Part shown: one piece after another, positions 1 to 13,577 of the stretch
How the letters are laid out: each line of letters begins with the position of its first letter
How positions within the stretch are numbered: position 1 is the stretch's first letter
Source: Lama guanicoe
Lineage: Eukaryota
Direction: 5' to 3'
NCBI GenBank assembly: GCA_013239625.1
Contig: MU053881.1
Coordinates: forward strand, 8,269,957-8,333,956
Length of the DNA: 64,000 bases
Made by a program: the position numbers and the translations under genes
The notes under the pieces: generated by a model
Database searches by the model: none
What the model saw: the letters and a program-made list of their open reading frames with translations, nothing else
Told to the model about the DNA's origin: nothing

Positions 1-677
1 ACTGAGGGCGCAGGACTGCGCCTTCAGTGACTTTCAAACCATTCTGAAGGACGCTTTGTCCTAAACTTCCATCTTTTCAACCCTCGCCCTGATTTCTACG
101 TTACCGGTATGTCAGCTGGGCTATTACTTAACACACTGCCTTCTGTCAGCGTTAAATCTGCTCCTTTCTTAAATTTAGCTTCATCTTGAGTCGTATCATC
201 TGTGAAATCACAGCCCTGCTAGTTCGATACGTTACATTTTTTTGTCTACTTCTCAGTAAAAAGAATTCTAAACTATTAACATTTAAAAATATTTTTAGTG
301 ATAAATATTTGTGTGATACTTATAAAAGTAACTCTTCAAATGAGAAATGATTGTGTTACACTTAAAATCACATAAACCTTCCTGGGAAGGAGAGCCGTTA
401 CTTGGGGGAAAAGCACAGGACGTGAGAGAGACCCCCGCCCAGAGGCCGGCCCCTCCCCTCCGGAAGCAACGACCACAGTTGACTGGGATTCATGAGGAGC
501 AGCCCTGTTTCCCGGTAACTAGATTCATCCTTCAATCAAAACTTCACACAGAACTCAGTAATGCTAAATCCACAGAAACAAAACTGCCCGGCAGAGCTGG
601 AAGGAGCCGTTTCCTCCTTCACACACGAAGGCCCCCAATACGCCGCCAGCAAACCAGTTGTAAACCATTGTTCAGAC

Positions 678-848
678 CAGGGTCCTGGAGGTGAGGCCCC
701 GGGGCAGCACCCGGGAACTTGTTAGAAATGCACACCTTCAGACTCCCCCGCCCCAGGCCTGCTGCCCAGAGTTCTGGGGGCAGGCCCGGCCACCTGCTTT
801 AAGGACCCTCTAGGGGATTCTAATGTACAAGTCTGAGAAAATACCAGC
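678..848. mobile_element. MER5A-like hAT-Charlie MITE
   Basis: Diagnostic motifs 'gggaacttgttagaaatgca' and 'ggggattctaatgtaca...tgagaa'. Confidence 0.7.
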
Positions 849-3342
849 TTACCCATGAAGCCTTCCTGGAGGAGGAGGCATTTGGTGGGTCTTGAAGAAA
901 GGGAAGAATTTCTGTGAGTAGAGAGAGAAATGGGTGAGCAGGCTGGGAGGACAGCAGTGACAAGCCTGAGGGACAAAGAAAAGGAATTGACCAGAGTAGA
1001 AGGTTCCCAGCAGTGGGTGGCTGGAGGGAAGGCCAGCTGAGTTAGGACAGTCCGGGACCATGGACATCCCAGTGGCCTCAGAGTTTCCTAGAGCCAGGGC
1101 CTCCTAACATGTGTCCTGGAGCTGCTGTCCGTGGGTGAACTAGAGGGGACAGAGAGCCCGCGGGCAGGGCCAAGGCAGCTTGACACCAAACCTGTGTATT
1201 AGACACATCGAGCTTGGACAAGCTACCCCACATCTTCCCTCTGCGTTCTCCCCAGCAGACTGTGGATGTAGCAGGATGAGCCTCCGGGGGTGATGCTGAG
1301 GGCTGGGCGTTGAGGATGTGCTTGGCCTTTATCAAGGACAAGAAGGTGACAGACGGCTAGGTCGGAGCAGCTGGGCTCTGCCCAGAGTTTGGGGACCTCC
1401 CCCAGCAGAGCCCTGCCCTTCCCACTGACGTTAGCTGTTGGTGGGGGTGGTTTGCTGAAGGGGTGACATTGTTGGTAGGAATGTTGGAACGCTCTGCTGT
1501 GGCCTAAATCAGGGTGGGAGGAAAGAAATGGGAACCCAGAGAATTACCATCTCCAGTCCTTGTCAAGGAGTCGGGTGACAGCAGGTGGTCCCCGGGAAGC
1601 CCCCACGCCCCTTCTGTTACCCATGGAAGGGACCAAGTAAAGGATGTCCCTGCCTGGGTCCTCATGCCAAGCCTGGTGACAGATATTTAGTGCCCTTCAG
1701 CTCTCAATCCTAAAGGGCCCAAGTCTCCAGGAAACTTGTATTAAAAATGGTTTTCCTTCCAAATACTTTTCTCTAAGCAGCCCTGATTCTGCCCTAATAG
1801 CACACTCTTTACCTCACTCAGAAACCTCTCTCAGGCACCTCGTATGGGCCAGGTCCTGGGCTAGGCACAGGGACCACAGAGTTCAGCAAAACACAGTCCA
1901 GGGAAGAAGGCAGATGTGTAAATAAGCAACCGTTGCAAGAGCAGAATAAAATAAGTCTCACAGGAGACGTCAGTGCATGCTGTGGGGACCCTGAAGAACG
2001 AGCAGACGGTTCTGCTTAGAGAACCAGGGAAGGCTCCCTGGAGGAAGAGGTAATGTTTGAGCTGAGAAGTGAGGAGGCTCTGGGCAGGGGGAGGCCCCAT
2101 CCGTATGCACGGAAGCCATGCTGGGAGGGGCTGGGGTTAGTGGAGCACACGGGCCAAGCTGAGCAGCAGCCAATGGGACCAGGAGGCCATCCAGCCTAAA
2201 AATGAGACCTCCTCCTCAGAGTCACAGCAGTGACCTCTGGCCTCAGCCTCAGAGCCAGGGACGAGGAGGCAAACCAAAGCTGATCTCATCAGGGGAGCTG
2301 GCAGCCCACAGGCTCCTGCCCGCTGCACCCCAGCAGGGACATACAGGCCTGGAGCAGCTGGGTTCTGTGGCCTCCCTCATGCGGGTGCCCAGCTGGAGTC
2401 ACAGGTGGTGAGGTTGTATTCCAGGCCCAGGAGACATAACACAAAAACCCTACTGCGCCCTACCCGCCCCCGAGTGGGGACAGACTGCACTGTTCCTCAG
2501 CTTCAAGACTTGTCTGAGGAGCCAGCTTACCTGCCTGCAAAGCCCAGGGGCTGAGTGAGGCGGCAGACTTGGGAAAAGTGGGTCTCAGTGGGGAGTGGTG
2601 GGGACTGTGGCAGCCTGGAGGGCACTTCTCCAGCAGAGATGCAGCTGTGTGGGAAGGCAGGTTCTCAAGAAAAGCCAGAAAGTCAGGGTTTCTATGTGAA
2701 ATACCTCAGGGTTTAAATGTTGGCCATTTTAAAACACCCCCGGAGAGGATCTTTGGCGAGCAGTGCATGCTCCCTCCATCCTAATGACCACAAACCCATC
2801 CATTGCCAGGTCTTTTCTCATCTGATCCTTATCACAAGCCCAGGGCAAGCATCCTAACTCCTATTTTAGGGATGGGAAACTTGATGCTCAGGTGAGTCCT
2901 TGGCCCAGAGACACAGAGGCCAATGAGTAGCAGAGCTGGGATTCAGATCTAGGCCAGGCCCCCACCAGAACCCGCTCTCCCACATGCTAGGGCACGGAGG
3001 CTGGGCCGAGAGTTGGAGTGTGGCTGTGCTCTGATGGTCCAGGAGTGCGGGGTTGTGTAGTGCGGGGCTGCCGTCTCAGGCTGCTGCCTAACCTGCATCC
3101 CAGCAACTCTTTGTGGGGCTCTGTCACCATCTAGTGGTCACACCTCAGCATACAGGTGAGCGTGCCCAGCACAGAGGAATGACCTTTCGTCCCACAATGG
3201 TGCAGGATCCTATTCCTTGGGAGCTTGGATTTGACTCTGGCCTACACCACCTCCACTTTAAGACTTTGGGCTAGACATCTTAAATCTCTGAGCCTTGGAT
3301 CTCATTTCTAAAATGGAGCAAAAAATTGTACATCCTGCCTGG

Positions 3343-4632
3343 GTTTTTTTTTTTAGTTGAAGTATATATAGTCAGTTACAATATGTCAATTTCTGGTGTA
3401 CAGCATGTTTCAGTCATACATGTACATATATATTTGTTTTCATATTCTTTTTCATTATAGGTTACTACAAGATTTTGAATATAGTTCCCTGTGCTATATA
3501 GAAGAAATTTGTGGGGTTTTTTAGTCTATTTTATATATAGTAGTTAATATTTGCAAATCTCGAAATCCCAATTTATGCCTTCCCATCCCCTTTCCCCCCT
3601 GGTAACCATAAATTTGTTTACTATGTCTGTGAGTCTTTCTGTTTCATAGATAAGTTCATTAGTGTCTTCTTTTTTTTTTTTCTCCTTCCACATATGAATG
3701 ATATCATATGGTATTTTTCTTTCTCTTTCTGGCTTACTTCACTTAGAATAACAATCTCCAGGTCCATCCATGTTGCTGCAAATGGCATTATTTTATTCTT
3801 TATGGCTGAGTAGTATTCCATTGTATAAATATACCGCAACTTCTGTATCCGGTCCTCTGTTGATGGACATTTAGGTTGTTTCCATGTCTTGGCTATTGTA
3901 TATAGTGCTGCTATGAACATTGGGGAGTTCCTCCAGGATATATGCCCAGGAGTGGGATTGCTGGATCATATGGTAAGTCTGTTTTTAGTTTTTTGAGGAA
4001 GCTCCAAGCTGTTTTCCATAATGGCTGCACCAAGCTACACGTGGGAGGGTTCCCTTTTCTCCACACCCTCTCCAGCATTTATCATTTGTGGACTTTTGAG
4101 TGATGGCCATTCTGACTGGTGTGAGGTGATACCTCATTATAGTTTTGATTTGCATTTCTCTGGTAATTAGCGATATTGAGCATTTTCTATGTGCCTAATG
4201 GCCATTTATATGTCTTCACTGGAGAATTGCTTATTTAGGTCTTCTGCACATTTTTGGATTGGGTTGTTTGTTCTTTTGTTATTAAGTTGTATGAGTTGTT
4301 TATATATTCTGGAAATTAAGCCTTTGTCAGTCGCATCGTTTGCAAATATTTTCTCCCATTCTGTAGGCTATTTTCTTTTGCTTATGGTTTCTTTTGCTGT
4401 GCAAAAGCTTATACATTTAATTAGGTCCCATTTGTTTATTTTTGCTTTTATTTCTATTGCCTGGCCCTAAGAGAACATTGCTAAGATTTATGTCAGAAAA
4501 TGTTTTGCCTATGTTTTCTTCTAGGATGTTTATAGTGCGTTGTCTTATATTTAAGCCTTTAAGCCATTTTGAGTTTATTTTTGCGTATGGTGCGAGGGAG
4601 TGTTCTAACTTCACTGATTTACATGTAGTTGT
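3343..4632 (-). mobile_element. 5'-truncated L1 (ORF2 C-terminus and 3' UTR), inserted in a MIR
   Basis: Poly-T at the left end. Minus ORF 3621-3920 ([20 protein letters not shown]...MEYYSAIK...FAATWMDLE) is the L1 ORF2 C-terminus. MIR-like sequence on both flanks. Confidence 0.92.
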
Positions 4633-5294
4633 CCAGAGAGTGCAGGTCAAGTATTTAGCATAGTTAAGCATTCAACACATGGCCACAACAGTTATTAAGA
4701 GCAGAAGAGAATTCTGTGGGCCACTTTTGGCCAGCACACATTCTCTTGCCAGTTCCAGACAGGAGCCGCCCAGCCTGGCTCTGACACAGACAGTGCTTCC
4801 CCTTCCCACCCGATGCTGATCCACCTGACTTCGTGGATAACGAGGAAGACTGCCAGAGCCCCTTGTCTCCCCTGCAATCCCTGAACATCTTTCCAGGAGG
4901 CTAATTGCTGGGCCTTGGAACCGCAGTAGGACCATCTCTTTTAGAGTCACAGCAGGTTGTTTTGGAGTTTGGTTTTGTTTTTTCCAACCTTTTTCTCTTG
5001 TAGCAGCAGAGCCGTTTTCCCATTGACAGTTTACTTCAGTGGCCAAAATTTGGGGGGGAAAAAAAACAAGGTAGAAATGGAGCCATGGTGATTTGCAAGA
5101 TGGTGGTGAAGAATGACAGCCTTCATCACCGCACACCCCAAACCTCCAGGGTTCCACTGTTTGAAAACCACCAGCTGTAGGCATTATTTCCAGGAGACCC
5201 TGGTTAAGATGTGCCAAGAAAGTAACCTGTTAACCCACAGGCACCTGCTGGCACAGACAAGGTTATGGGACGTTTTGATTTGGAATCAATCCTT

Positions 5295-8045
5295 AATATT
5301 TTCAATTGAGATGTAATGGACATATGACATTATATTGGTTTCAGGTGTACAACACAGTGATTTGATGTCTATGTATTGTGAAATGATCACAATAAGTGTA
5401 CTTAACACCCATCACTGTAGTTTTTTTTCTTTCCTTATGATGAGAACCTTTAAGAGCTATACTCTTACAACTTTCAAGTATAAAGAGAGTATTACTATCA
5501 TCATCATGCTATATATTACACCCCCAGGACTTATTTATCTTATAACTGAAAGTCTGTACCTTTTTGACCCACTTCACCCATTTCAGCCACCCTCCCCCGA
5601 CCCCTGGCAACAACCAATCTTCTCTCTGTATCTACAAGCTCAGAGTTTTTTCTTTTTGGTTTTATTTTTAGAATCCACATGTAAGTTAGGTCATATGGTA
5701 TCTGTCTTTCTCTCTCTGACTTACTTCATTTAGCATAAGGCCCTCAAGGCTCATTCATGTTGTCTCAAGTGGTGAGATTTCCTTCTTTTTTATGGCTGAA
5801 TAACCTTCCACTGTACCTGTATGTACCGCATCTTCTTCATCCATTCACCCATCGATGGACACTTAGGTTGCTTCCCTGTCTTGGCTATTGTAAATGATGT
5901 TGCAGGGTACATCCGGGGTGCAGATTTTTTTTCTGAGTGTTTTTGTTTCCTTCAGATAAATACCCACAAGTGGAATTGCAGAATCATATGGTAGTTTTAT
6001 TTTTAATTTTTTAAGGAACCCTTATACTGTTTTCCATAATGGCTGCACCAATTTACATTCCCACTAGCAGTGCACAAGGGTTCCCATTTCTCCACATCCT
6101 TGGGGACACCTGTAATCTGTTGGCTTTTTGATAAGAGCCGTTCTAACAAATGTAAGCTGACATCTCATTGTGGTTGTGATTTACATTTCCCTGACAGTTA
6201 GTGAGGTGGAGCAACTTTTCATGTCCCTGCTGGCCATCTGTATGAATCCTTTGGGAAAATGTCTATTAAAATGTTCTGCCCATTTTTAAAATCAGATTGT
6301 TTGGGTTTTTGCTATTGAAATGTATGAGTTCTTTATATATTTTGGACATTATCCTCTTATTAGATATATGATTTGCAAATAGTTTCTCCTATTCAGTAGG
6401 TTACCTTTTTATTTTGTCAACGGTTTCCTTTGCTGCCCAGAAGTGTTTCAGTTTGAGGTAGTTCTACTTGTTTTTTTTTTTTTCTTTCTGGTGCTTTTGG
6501 TGTCACATCTAAAAACTCATCACCAAGAAGGATGTCAAGGAGCTTGCTGCCTGTGTTTTCTTCTAGGAGTTCTATGGTTTCAGGTCTAAACATTCAAGTC
6601 TTCAATCCATTTTGAGTTAACTTTTGTGTACGGTGTAGGATAGTGGTCCGGTTTCATTCTTTTGTATGTGGCTGTCCACTTTTCTCAGCACCATTAGTCA
6701 AAGAAACTGTTCTTTCCCCATTATATATTCTGGACTCCTTTGTTGTAAGTTAGTTGACCATATATGCATGAGTTTATTTCCAGGCTATCTCATTGATGTA
6801 TGTGTCTGTTTTTATGTCAATACCATACTGTTCTTATTACTATAGTTTTATAATATAGTTTGAAGTCAGGGAGCGTGATGCCTCCGGCTTTGTTTTTCTT
6901 TCTCAAGTTCACTTTGGCTCTTGGGGGTATTTTGTGGTTCCACCCAGATTTAGGATTGCTTGTTCTGTTTCTGTGAAAAATGCCATTGGAATTTTGATGG
7001 GCATCACATTGAATCTAATTGTATTGAATAGATTGCTTTGGGTAGTATGGACATTTTAACAATGTTAACTCTTCCAGCCCATGAGCATGACAGAGCTTTC
7101 CATTTATTTGTGTCTTCTTCACTTTCTGTCATCACTGTTTTCAGTGTTCAGGTCATTTACCACCTTGGTTAATTTGTTCCTAGGTATTTTATTCTGTTTG
7201 ATTCAGTTGTTAAATGGGATTGTTTTCTTAATTCCTCTTTCTGATAATTCATTATTCATGTATAGAAATACAACTGATTTTTGTATATTGATTTTATATC
7301 CTGCAACTTTACTGGATTTGTTATAACAGATTTTTAGTGGAAATTTTAGGTTTTTCTACATATAATATCATATCATATGCAAATAGTGACATTTCTACTT
7401 CTTTTGATTTGGATGCCTTTTATTTTTCCCTTTTCTAATTGCTCAGGCTGGGACTTCAAATACTCTGGTGAATATAAGTGGTGAGAGTGGGCATCCTTGT
7501 TTCTGATTTTAAAGGAAAAGCTTTGTTTTTGACCATTGAGTATGATGTTAGCTATGGGCTTGTCACATAGGGACTATATTATATTGAGGAGTGTTCCCTC
7601 TTTGTTGCAGGTTTGTATCATAAATGGACGTTAGATTTTGTCAGATGCTTTTTCTGCATTTATTGAGATGATCATATCATTCTGACCCTTGATTTTGTTA
7701 ATGTGTGTATCACACTGACTTGTGTGTTGATCCATCCCTGGTAATAAACCCCATTTGATCATGGGCTATGATCCTTTTAATGTATTGCTGAGTTAGGCTT
7801 GCTAATATTTGAAGAATCTTTATATCTGTGTTCATCAGGGATGTTGGCCTGTAATTTTCATTTCTGGTGGCATTCTTGTCTGGTTTTGTAAACTGAGTGT
7901 TCAAGTGTTCCTTCCTATTCTGATTTTTGGAAGAGTTTGAGAAGGATTCCTATCAAGTCTTCTTTAAATGTGTGGTAGAAGTCAGCAGTAAGTCATCTAG
8001 TCCTGAACGTTTGTGAATTGGGAGATTTTTTATTCCTGACTCAGT
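5295..8045 (-). mobile_element. Older 5'-truncated L1 (ORF2 RT region to 3' UTR), degenerate
   Basis: Continuous antisense L1 ORF2 sequence, e.g. ORF 7710-7904 [16 protein letters not shown], and L1 3' UTR motifs at 5300-5750. Confidence 0.9.
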
Positions 8046-8052
8046 ACCCTTA

Positions 8053-8539
8053 CAGGCAGACCTCATTTTATTGCCCTTTGCTTTTTTGTGCTTCACAGAT
8101 AGTGCACTGTTTACAAATGGAAGGTTTGTGGCCACCCTGTGTGGAACAAGTCTATCGGTGCCATTTTTCCAGTACCATTTGTTCACTTGGTGTCTCTGTG
8201 TCACATTTTGGTAATTCTGACAATATTTCAAACTTTTCCCCTATTACTATGTTTGTAATGGTGATCTGTGATCAGTGATCTTTGATGTTACTGTTGCAAA
8301 AAGATTATGTGACTCCCTGAAGGCTCAGGCGATGGTTAGCATTGTTCAGCAATAAAGTATTTTTAAATTAAGATATGTACATTTTTTTAGACAAAACGCT
8401 ATTGCACCCTTAAGAGACTACAGTGTAATGTAAACATAACTTTTACACGCACTGAGAAACCGAAAAATTCATGTGACTCTCTTTACTGAGGTGGGAGGTG
8501 GTCTGGAACTGAACCCACAATATCTCCGAGGTCTGCCTG
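8053..8539. mobile_element. Internally deleted Tigger1 (Tigger1a-type non-autonomous element)
   Basis: Terminal inverted repeats caggcagacctc (8053-8064) and gaggtctgcctg (8528-8539), TA on the left flank, Tigger1-like internal sequence. Confidence 0.85.
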
Positions 8540-8781
8540 CATATCGATGGAAATAGATAGGATAAAGGAAATAAACTGTAAAGCAAATGGGACTTCTAGG
8601 AGAACCTATAGGTGTAATAGGTATTCTCTGTACTGTCTTTATTTTTGCAATTTATGTTAAGTTTGAAATTATTTCCAAACAAAAAGTAAAACAAAGCATA
8701 AGTAATACCAGTCAAGTTCACAGCCCAGCTGGAGGAGGCACTCAGCAAACCCCCTGGCTGTCCCCCTTCTCTCCTGCCCAG

Positions 8782-8936
8782 CGTGGAGACGGTGAATGAC
8801 GGGCAGTTTCACAGCGTGGAGCTGGTGATGCTAAACCAGACCCTGAACTTGGTGGTGGACAAAGGAGTCCCCAAGAGCCTGGGAAAGCTCCAGAAGCAGC
8901 CGGCAGTGAGCATCAACAGCCCCCTCTACCTTGGAG
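8782..8936 (+). CDS. SLIT3: SLIT3 internal coding exon (laminin-G domain, C-terminal part)
   Basis: Polypyrimidine tract and cag acceptor (ag 8780-8781), gtaa donor at 8937. Encodes [51 protein letters not shown], recognisable as the SLIT3 LamG sequence. Splices in frame to the next exon. Confidence 0.96.
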
Positions 8937-9750
8937 GTAAAGCCCCATCCCCTCCCACCTCCACTTCCCACCTGCCCTCTGCACTCAGGCACCCACACCC
9001 AGGCCCACCGGTGGGGCTCCCTACTCTCATCTCAGCACTCACTGCCAAAGCCAATCAGGGAAGGCTTCCTGGAGGAAGTGACAACCAAGCTACTCCCTAA
9101 AGGGCAACTAGTTAGCCAGGTCATAGGGAGGAAAAGAAAGGAGAGAGGGCAGGACTCCTTCGGAGAACTGTAAGTTGTTCAGGGGAGATGGGCAGAGGTG
9201 AAGGCGGAATGGTGAGGGAGGAGGTGGAGACAGGGCTATTCAGGCTTCCCTCTGCTCTGCCACCTCCTCAGACCCTGTGAGGCTCAGTTAATGTGTGCAG
9301 AGGAACATGTCTGAGGTCATTCAAAGGCCAAAAAGAGGAGGAGCCACCAGTCTGGCAGAGCCTGGGCCTGAAACAGCCTGGGGCCATGTGCAAAAAAAGG
9401 CACCAGAGCAGCTTGTTAAAAAGAGTCCCAAGACTTCCCACAAAGGAGCCCAGCTCTGAGGGCTGGACTGGGCCTGGGAATCTGCGTTGTTGTTAACAGC
9501 TGGGCCAAGGAAAGCCTTTGGCCCAGAGCAGTCCCAGAAGGGGCACAGCTCCACTCCCAGTGAAGATCCCCAAGGTTCCGGGGATCGAGGCTGCTCCCCC
9601 AAGCCCCTCTTGTCTCCCAAACTCGAGCTTGCCTGCTGTGTTCTCCTGCGGGGCAGCACCAGGGGGCTGCGTAGCCCTGGCGGGGACAGCGGAAGGTGGT
9701 GGTGCACCCTCTAACCCCTGCCTAGAGCATGTGGGCCTCCCCTCCTGCAG

Positions 9751-10036
9751 GCATCCCCACCTCCACGGGCCTCTCGGCCTTGCGCCAGGGCACGGACCGG
9801 CCCCTGGGCGGCTTCCACGGCTGCATCCACGAGGTGCGCATCAACAACGAGCTGCAGGACTTCAAGGCCCTCCCGCCGCAGGCCCTGGGCGTCTCTCCGG
9901 GCTGCAAGTCCTGCAGCGTGTGCAGGCACGGCCTGTGCCGCGCCGTGGAGAAGGACAGTGTGGTGTGCGAGTGCCACCCAGGCTGGGCCGGCCCGCTGTG
10001 CGACCAGGAGGCCCGCGACCCCTGCCTCGGCCACAG
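9751..10036 (+). CDS. SLIT3: SLIT3 coding exon (end of LamG and first C-terminal EGF-like repeat)
   Basis: ctcctgcag acceptor, gtcagt donor at 10037. Encodes [95 protein letters not shown]. Confidence 0.96.
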
Positions 10037-11214
10037 GTCAGTGACTCCCCGACGCCCCCCCACCCCGCCCACCAAGTGGGCACTGATGGAAGCCGGAGGG
10101 ACAGCAGTCAGCCTGCAGACAGGGCCCATGTGAGCGGGGCTGCTCAGGTCAGGAGCTTACACATCCAAACAGCAGGTCCCGCTCAGAGACATCAGTGTGC
10201 AAGCGCCCTGCTGGAAAACATCCTCTGTCCAAAGCCGCGGCAGCCCCCTCACTGCCTTGCAGCAAAGTAGGTGGGGCGCCCGCGCGCGTGCACCTTGGCA
10301 GCTGGGCACATCTCGTCCCCGACGGGGCTGTCCTCTCAGCAGTGCCCTGTGCAAGCACCACGGGTGTGTAGCCACGCACAGCCGAATCACTTCACGGCTC
10401 CGCCATTCACTATTTATGCAGATATTTACTGAGGGCCTCCTGTGTGCCAGGCTTTGTGCTAAATAGGAGATCCAGCTTTCTCAGTGTTTAGAAATCTGAG
10501 TCAGCCAAAAATAACACCAGAGCCGTGACTGGTAATTGGCTTGGCTAAACCAGTTGGCAAATGATATTGTGGATCAGGAGTGAAGGGCGGCTAGAAAGGA
10601 GCCGACTTTCCTGGGTAGCTCTGGAGCGTGTGTGACTATAATGAATATGTCTACGATGAATCCTTGCTCTGAATGTCATCCCAGTAGAGAGACTGCTACT
10701 TTGCGATTAAGAATACAGGCTTTGGCATCAGTTTCTCCATCTATGAGATGTGGCTAAGACTAGCTACTGCACAGGACCGCAGAGGAGGGAGGTTGTGGAA
10801 AATAAGACCAATACCAGGTGTAAAGCACTCACCCCAGTGCCTGCACAGAGCAAGTGTGGTGGTGGTGACAGGACTAATCATGTTATCCATTAAGATGACA
10901 GAGCAGTTAAAATGTTTGGCGAAGGCTTAGGTTCCTCCACGCAGTGACTTGCCACTTGGATATGTGGGTTCTGACGCCTGGGTGTAAAAGAGCCACAAGC
11001 CAGCCTCGTCAGGCTCACAGCTGGCAGTGGTTGTTGGGTGATGCTCAGCCAGTAGGCTGGCGCAGGGCAGACCATGGGATGGAGAGGGCCTAAGGCCCCA
11101 CAGCTCTGGGACCCCTGGACAGAGCCTGGGCCTGGCTGGTGTGGACAGAGGAAGAAGCCTCCAGCGGCACTGACTGCCTGGTTCCCCTCTCCTCATCCTC
11201 GCCTCTGCCCCCAG

Positions 11215-11423
11215 CTGCATCCAGGGGAAATGCGTGGCAACCGGGACCTCATACGTGTGCAAGTGTGCCGAGGGCTACGGAGGGGCCTTGTGTGACCACA
11301 AGAATGACTCTGCCAACGCCTGCTCAGCCTTCAAGTGTCACCACGGGCAGTGCCACGTCTCAGATCGAGGGGAGCCCTACTGCCTGTGCCAACCTGGCTT
11401 TAGTGGGGAGCACTGCGAACAAG
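11215..11423 (+). CDS. SLIT3: SLIT3 penultimate coding exon (two EGF-like repeats)
   Basis: gcctctgcccccag acceptor, gtgggt donor at 11424. Encodes [69 protein letters not shown] with EGF cysteine spacing; phases match the flanking exons. Confidence 0.96.
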
Positions 11424-11609
11424 GTGGGTCTGCTGTGCGTGTGGGAGGGGACACCTGGGAGGCATGCAGGGGTCAGAGCTGGACTCCATACCCAGGGGGC
11501 CGAAGTTCCAGTTCCGGCTGTGCCACTGAGTGGCTGTGCCACCTTCATTAAATCACTTTCTGAGCCTCAGATTCCCTCATCCTGAAAATGAGGGCAACAC
11601 TACCCCTTC

Positions 11610-11770
11610 CTGTATCAGTTATCTATTACTGCATAACAAATTAGCTCCAACACAGCAGTTCAAAACCACACTAAACATGTTCTATCCTACACAGGTCCTA
11701 TAGGTCAGGAACTCAGAAAAGGCTTAGCTGGAGAGTTCTAGGTGGGGTCTCTCGAGAGTGTAAACAGCCA
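11610..11770 (+). mobile_element. MLT1 (MaLR) LTR fragment
   Basis: Starts 'tgtatcagttatctattactgcataacaaa...' with 'ggtcaggaa...ggcttagctgg' motifs typical of MLT1. Confidence 0.6.
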
Positions 11771-11821
11771 GGACTGCATGAACATCTGGGTTCTTTCTCC
11801 TCTCTTCCCCTATCCCTCCCT

Positions 11822-11975
11822 CCAGCTGCCAGCGTGGCCCTCCGACCAGCACCATTGACCCACCTGGGAGCTTATTAGAAATGCAGACGCTCAGGCCCAG
11901 CCTAGACTTTTTGAATCAGAGCCTGCATTTTAACAAGAGCCCTCAGTGAGTCTGACGCACAGAAACATCTCAGCT
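11822..11975. mobile_element. MER5A-like MITE
   Basis: 'cacctgggagcttattagaaatgcaga..ctcaggccc...gaatcaga..ctgcattttaacaag'. Confidence 0.7.
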
Positions 11976-12749
11976 GTTGTGCTGCAGTCTCCTTCCGGTC
12001 CTCCTGCCATTACTGGGTCAACAGAAGACAGTTCCTTGGTCTGATTTAATTTCAAAAGCATCAAATTACATGGCCCCCTTAGTGTATTAATTTGGAGGTA
12101 AGCTCAAAAAAAGGACAATTAAATTATATCACAATTGAGATGGCTCTGTCTTACCTTGGAGGTTTCTGTCCTGCAGGGAGACTGAGAAGTCTTCCGCTCT
12201 GCCACCAGAACCCCAGGCAGGCCACCTCCTGTCGCCAGAGGACTCTCCCATTTACCCCTTGTTGAAATATCATTCTTAACCAATGTTGTTAAATAATGAA
12301 TTTTGAAATAATTTCAGATCTAACAGGAAAAGTTACCAGAACAGTAGAAACAGCATCCCTCTTCCCTTCAACCAGAGGGCCAACTGTGACCAAGCTGTCG
12401 CGTCTGCACTTTCCCCTCCCCCACACCTATGATCATTAGTCTCTTTCTGATTCTTTTAAAAACCTCTTAATTTTAAAATACTGCATCAGGCTTATTAGCA
12501 AAATTCACATTAGCCACCTAAAGCTTTAAAATGCAGAAAGCTGTTTTGCATTCACAATCCCTCTGAGGCTCGTTACAGCCTGTGAAGTAGCAGGAAGGAC
12601 CACAAAATGTGTTACCATTTTCCAGATAAGGAAACTGAGGCTCAGGGATTACAAGTGATAGGATCCTGGTCCTGGGTCTGGTTCGTTTTCTCTCTCTCTC
12701 TCTCCCCCCCCCCACCCCATGCTCACCCTACTGAGAGTGGTGGGGGGCA

Positions 12750-12885
12750 AACTGGAGAGCTAGCTCAGTGGTAGAGCGTGTGCCTAGCATGCACGAGGTC
12801 CTGGGTTCAAACCCCAGTACCTCCACTAGAAAAATAAGTAAATCTAAAAACAACAAAAAAGTGAGCAAAAAAGTAAAAAAAAAAG
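12750..12885 (+). mobile_element. tRNA-Ala-derived SINE (vic-1-like)
   Basis: A box tagctcagtggtagagc, B box ggttcaaacccc, A-rich tail. Confidence 0.85.
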
Positions 12886-13341
12886 CATTGAAGTTCGGCC
12901 CATCCCTGTCATACAGGCACACCGGCTCAGTTTTGCCAGACTGCCTAGTTTTCAGAGGAGCCAGAAATCCCAATGTTTAGGTGAAATCTCCTGAGTTTTT
13001 TTTTTTTCTTCTTGTATTTAATTTGGTTTTTAAGCATCTATGGAGCAATCAAAATAGCCCAGTCTACCAGCTTGCCACATCTGGTTTGGTCTTTAAGTCC
13101 CTTGAAGAAAGGGACCAAGCCTGCTCTTGTCACCCTTATATCCCTAGGGCTTAGTTATAAATCTAGTATGTAGCCGAGCACAGAACAGGCACTTGGGTGG
13201 GTGGGCAGGGAGATGGACGGATGAGCGAAGGAATAAGTACATACGGGCTTCGGATCACAAGGGTTGCCGAGCATCCTACCCCAGAAGCGCCGGCCGCCTC
13301 CACCACCAACGCCCTGCCCTCACCTTGTCTCCCCTCCGCAG

Positions 13342-13577
13342 AGAATCCGTGCCTGGGGGAGGTAGTCCGAGAGGTGATCCGCCGCCAGAAGGGGTACGCG
13401 TCCTGCGCCACCGCCTCCAAGGTGCCCGTGATGGAATGTCGGGGGGGCTGCGGGCCCCAGTGCTGCCAGCCCACCCGCAGCAAGCGGCGGAAATACGTGT
13501 TCCAGTGCACAGACGGCTCCTCGTTCGTGGAAGAGGTGGAGAGACACTTAGAGTGTGGCTGCCGCCCGTGTGCCTGA
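13342..13577 (+). CDS. SLIT3: SLIT3 terminal coding exon (C-terminal cystine knot)
   Basis: cccctccgcag acceptor. Encodes [77 protein letters not shown], with TGA at 13575-13577. Confidence 0.97.

Noticed and set aside
9518..10270. 250-aa ORF overlapping a SLIT3 exon in another frame
   Set aside because: Non-ATG start, Pro/Gly/Arg-rich shadow frame of a GC-rich exon, runs through both splice sites, no recognisable domain.
12750..12830. tRNA-like sequences here and at 21569, 30866, 34260, 44835 and 46083
   Set aside because: They have A-rich tails, TSDs in some cases and divergent stems, so they are SINE heads rather than tRNA genes.
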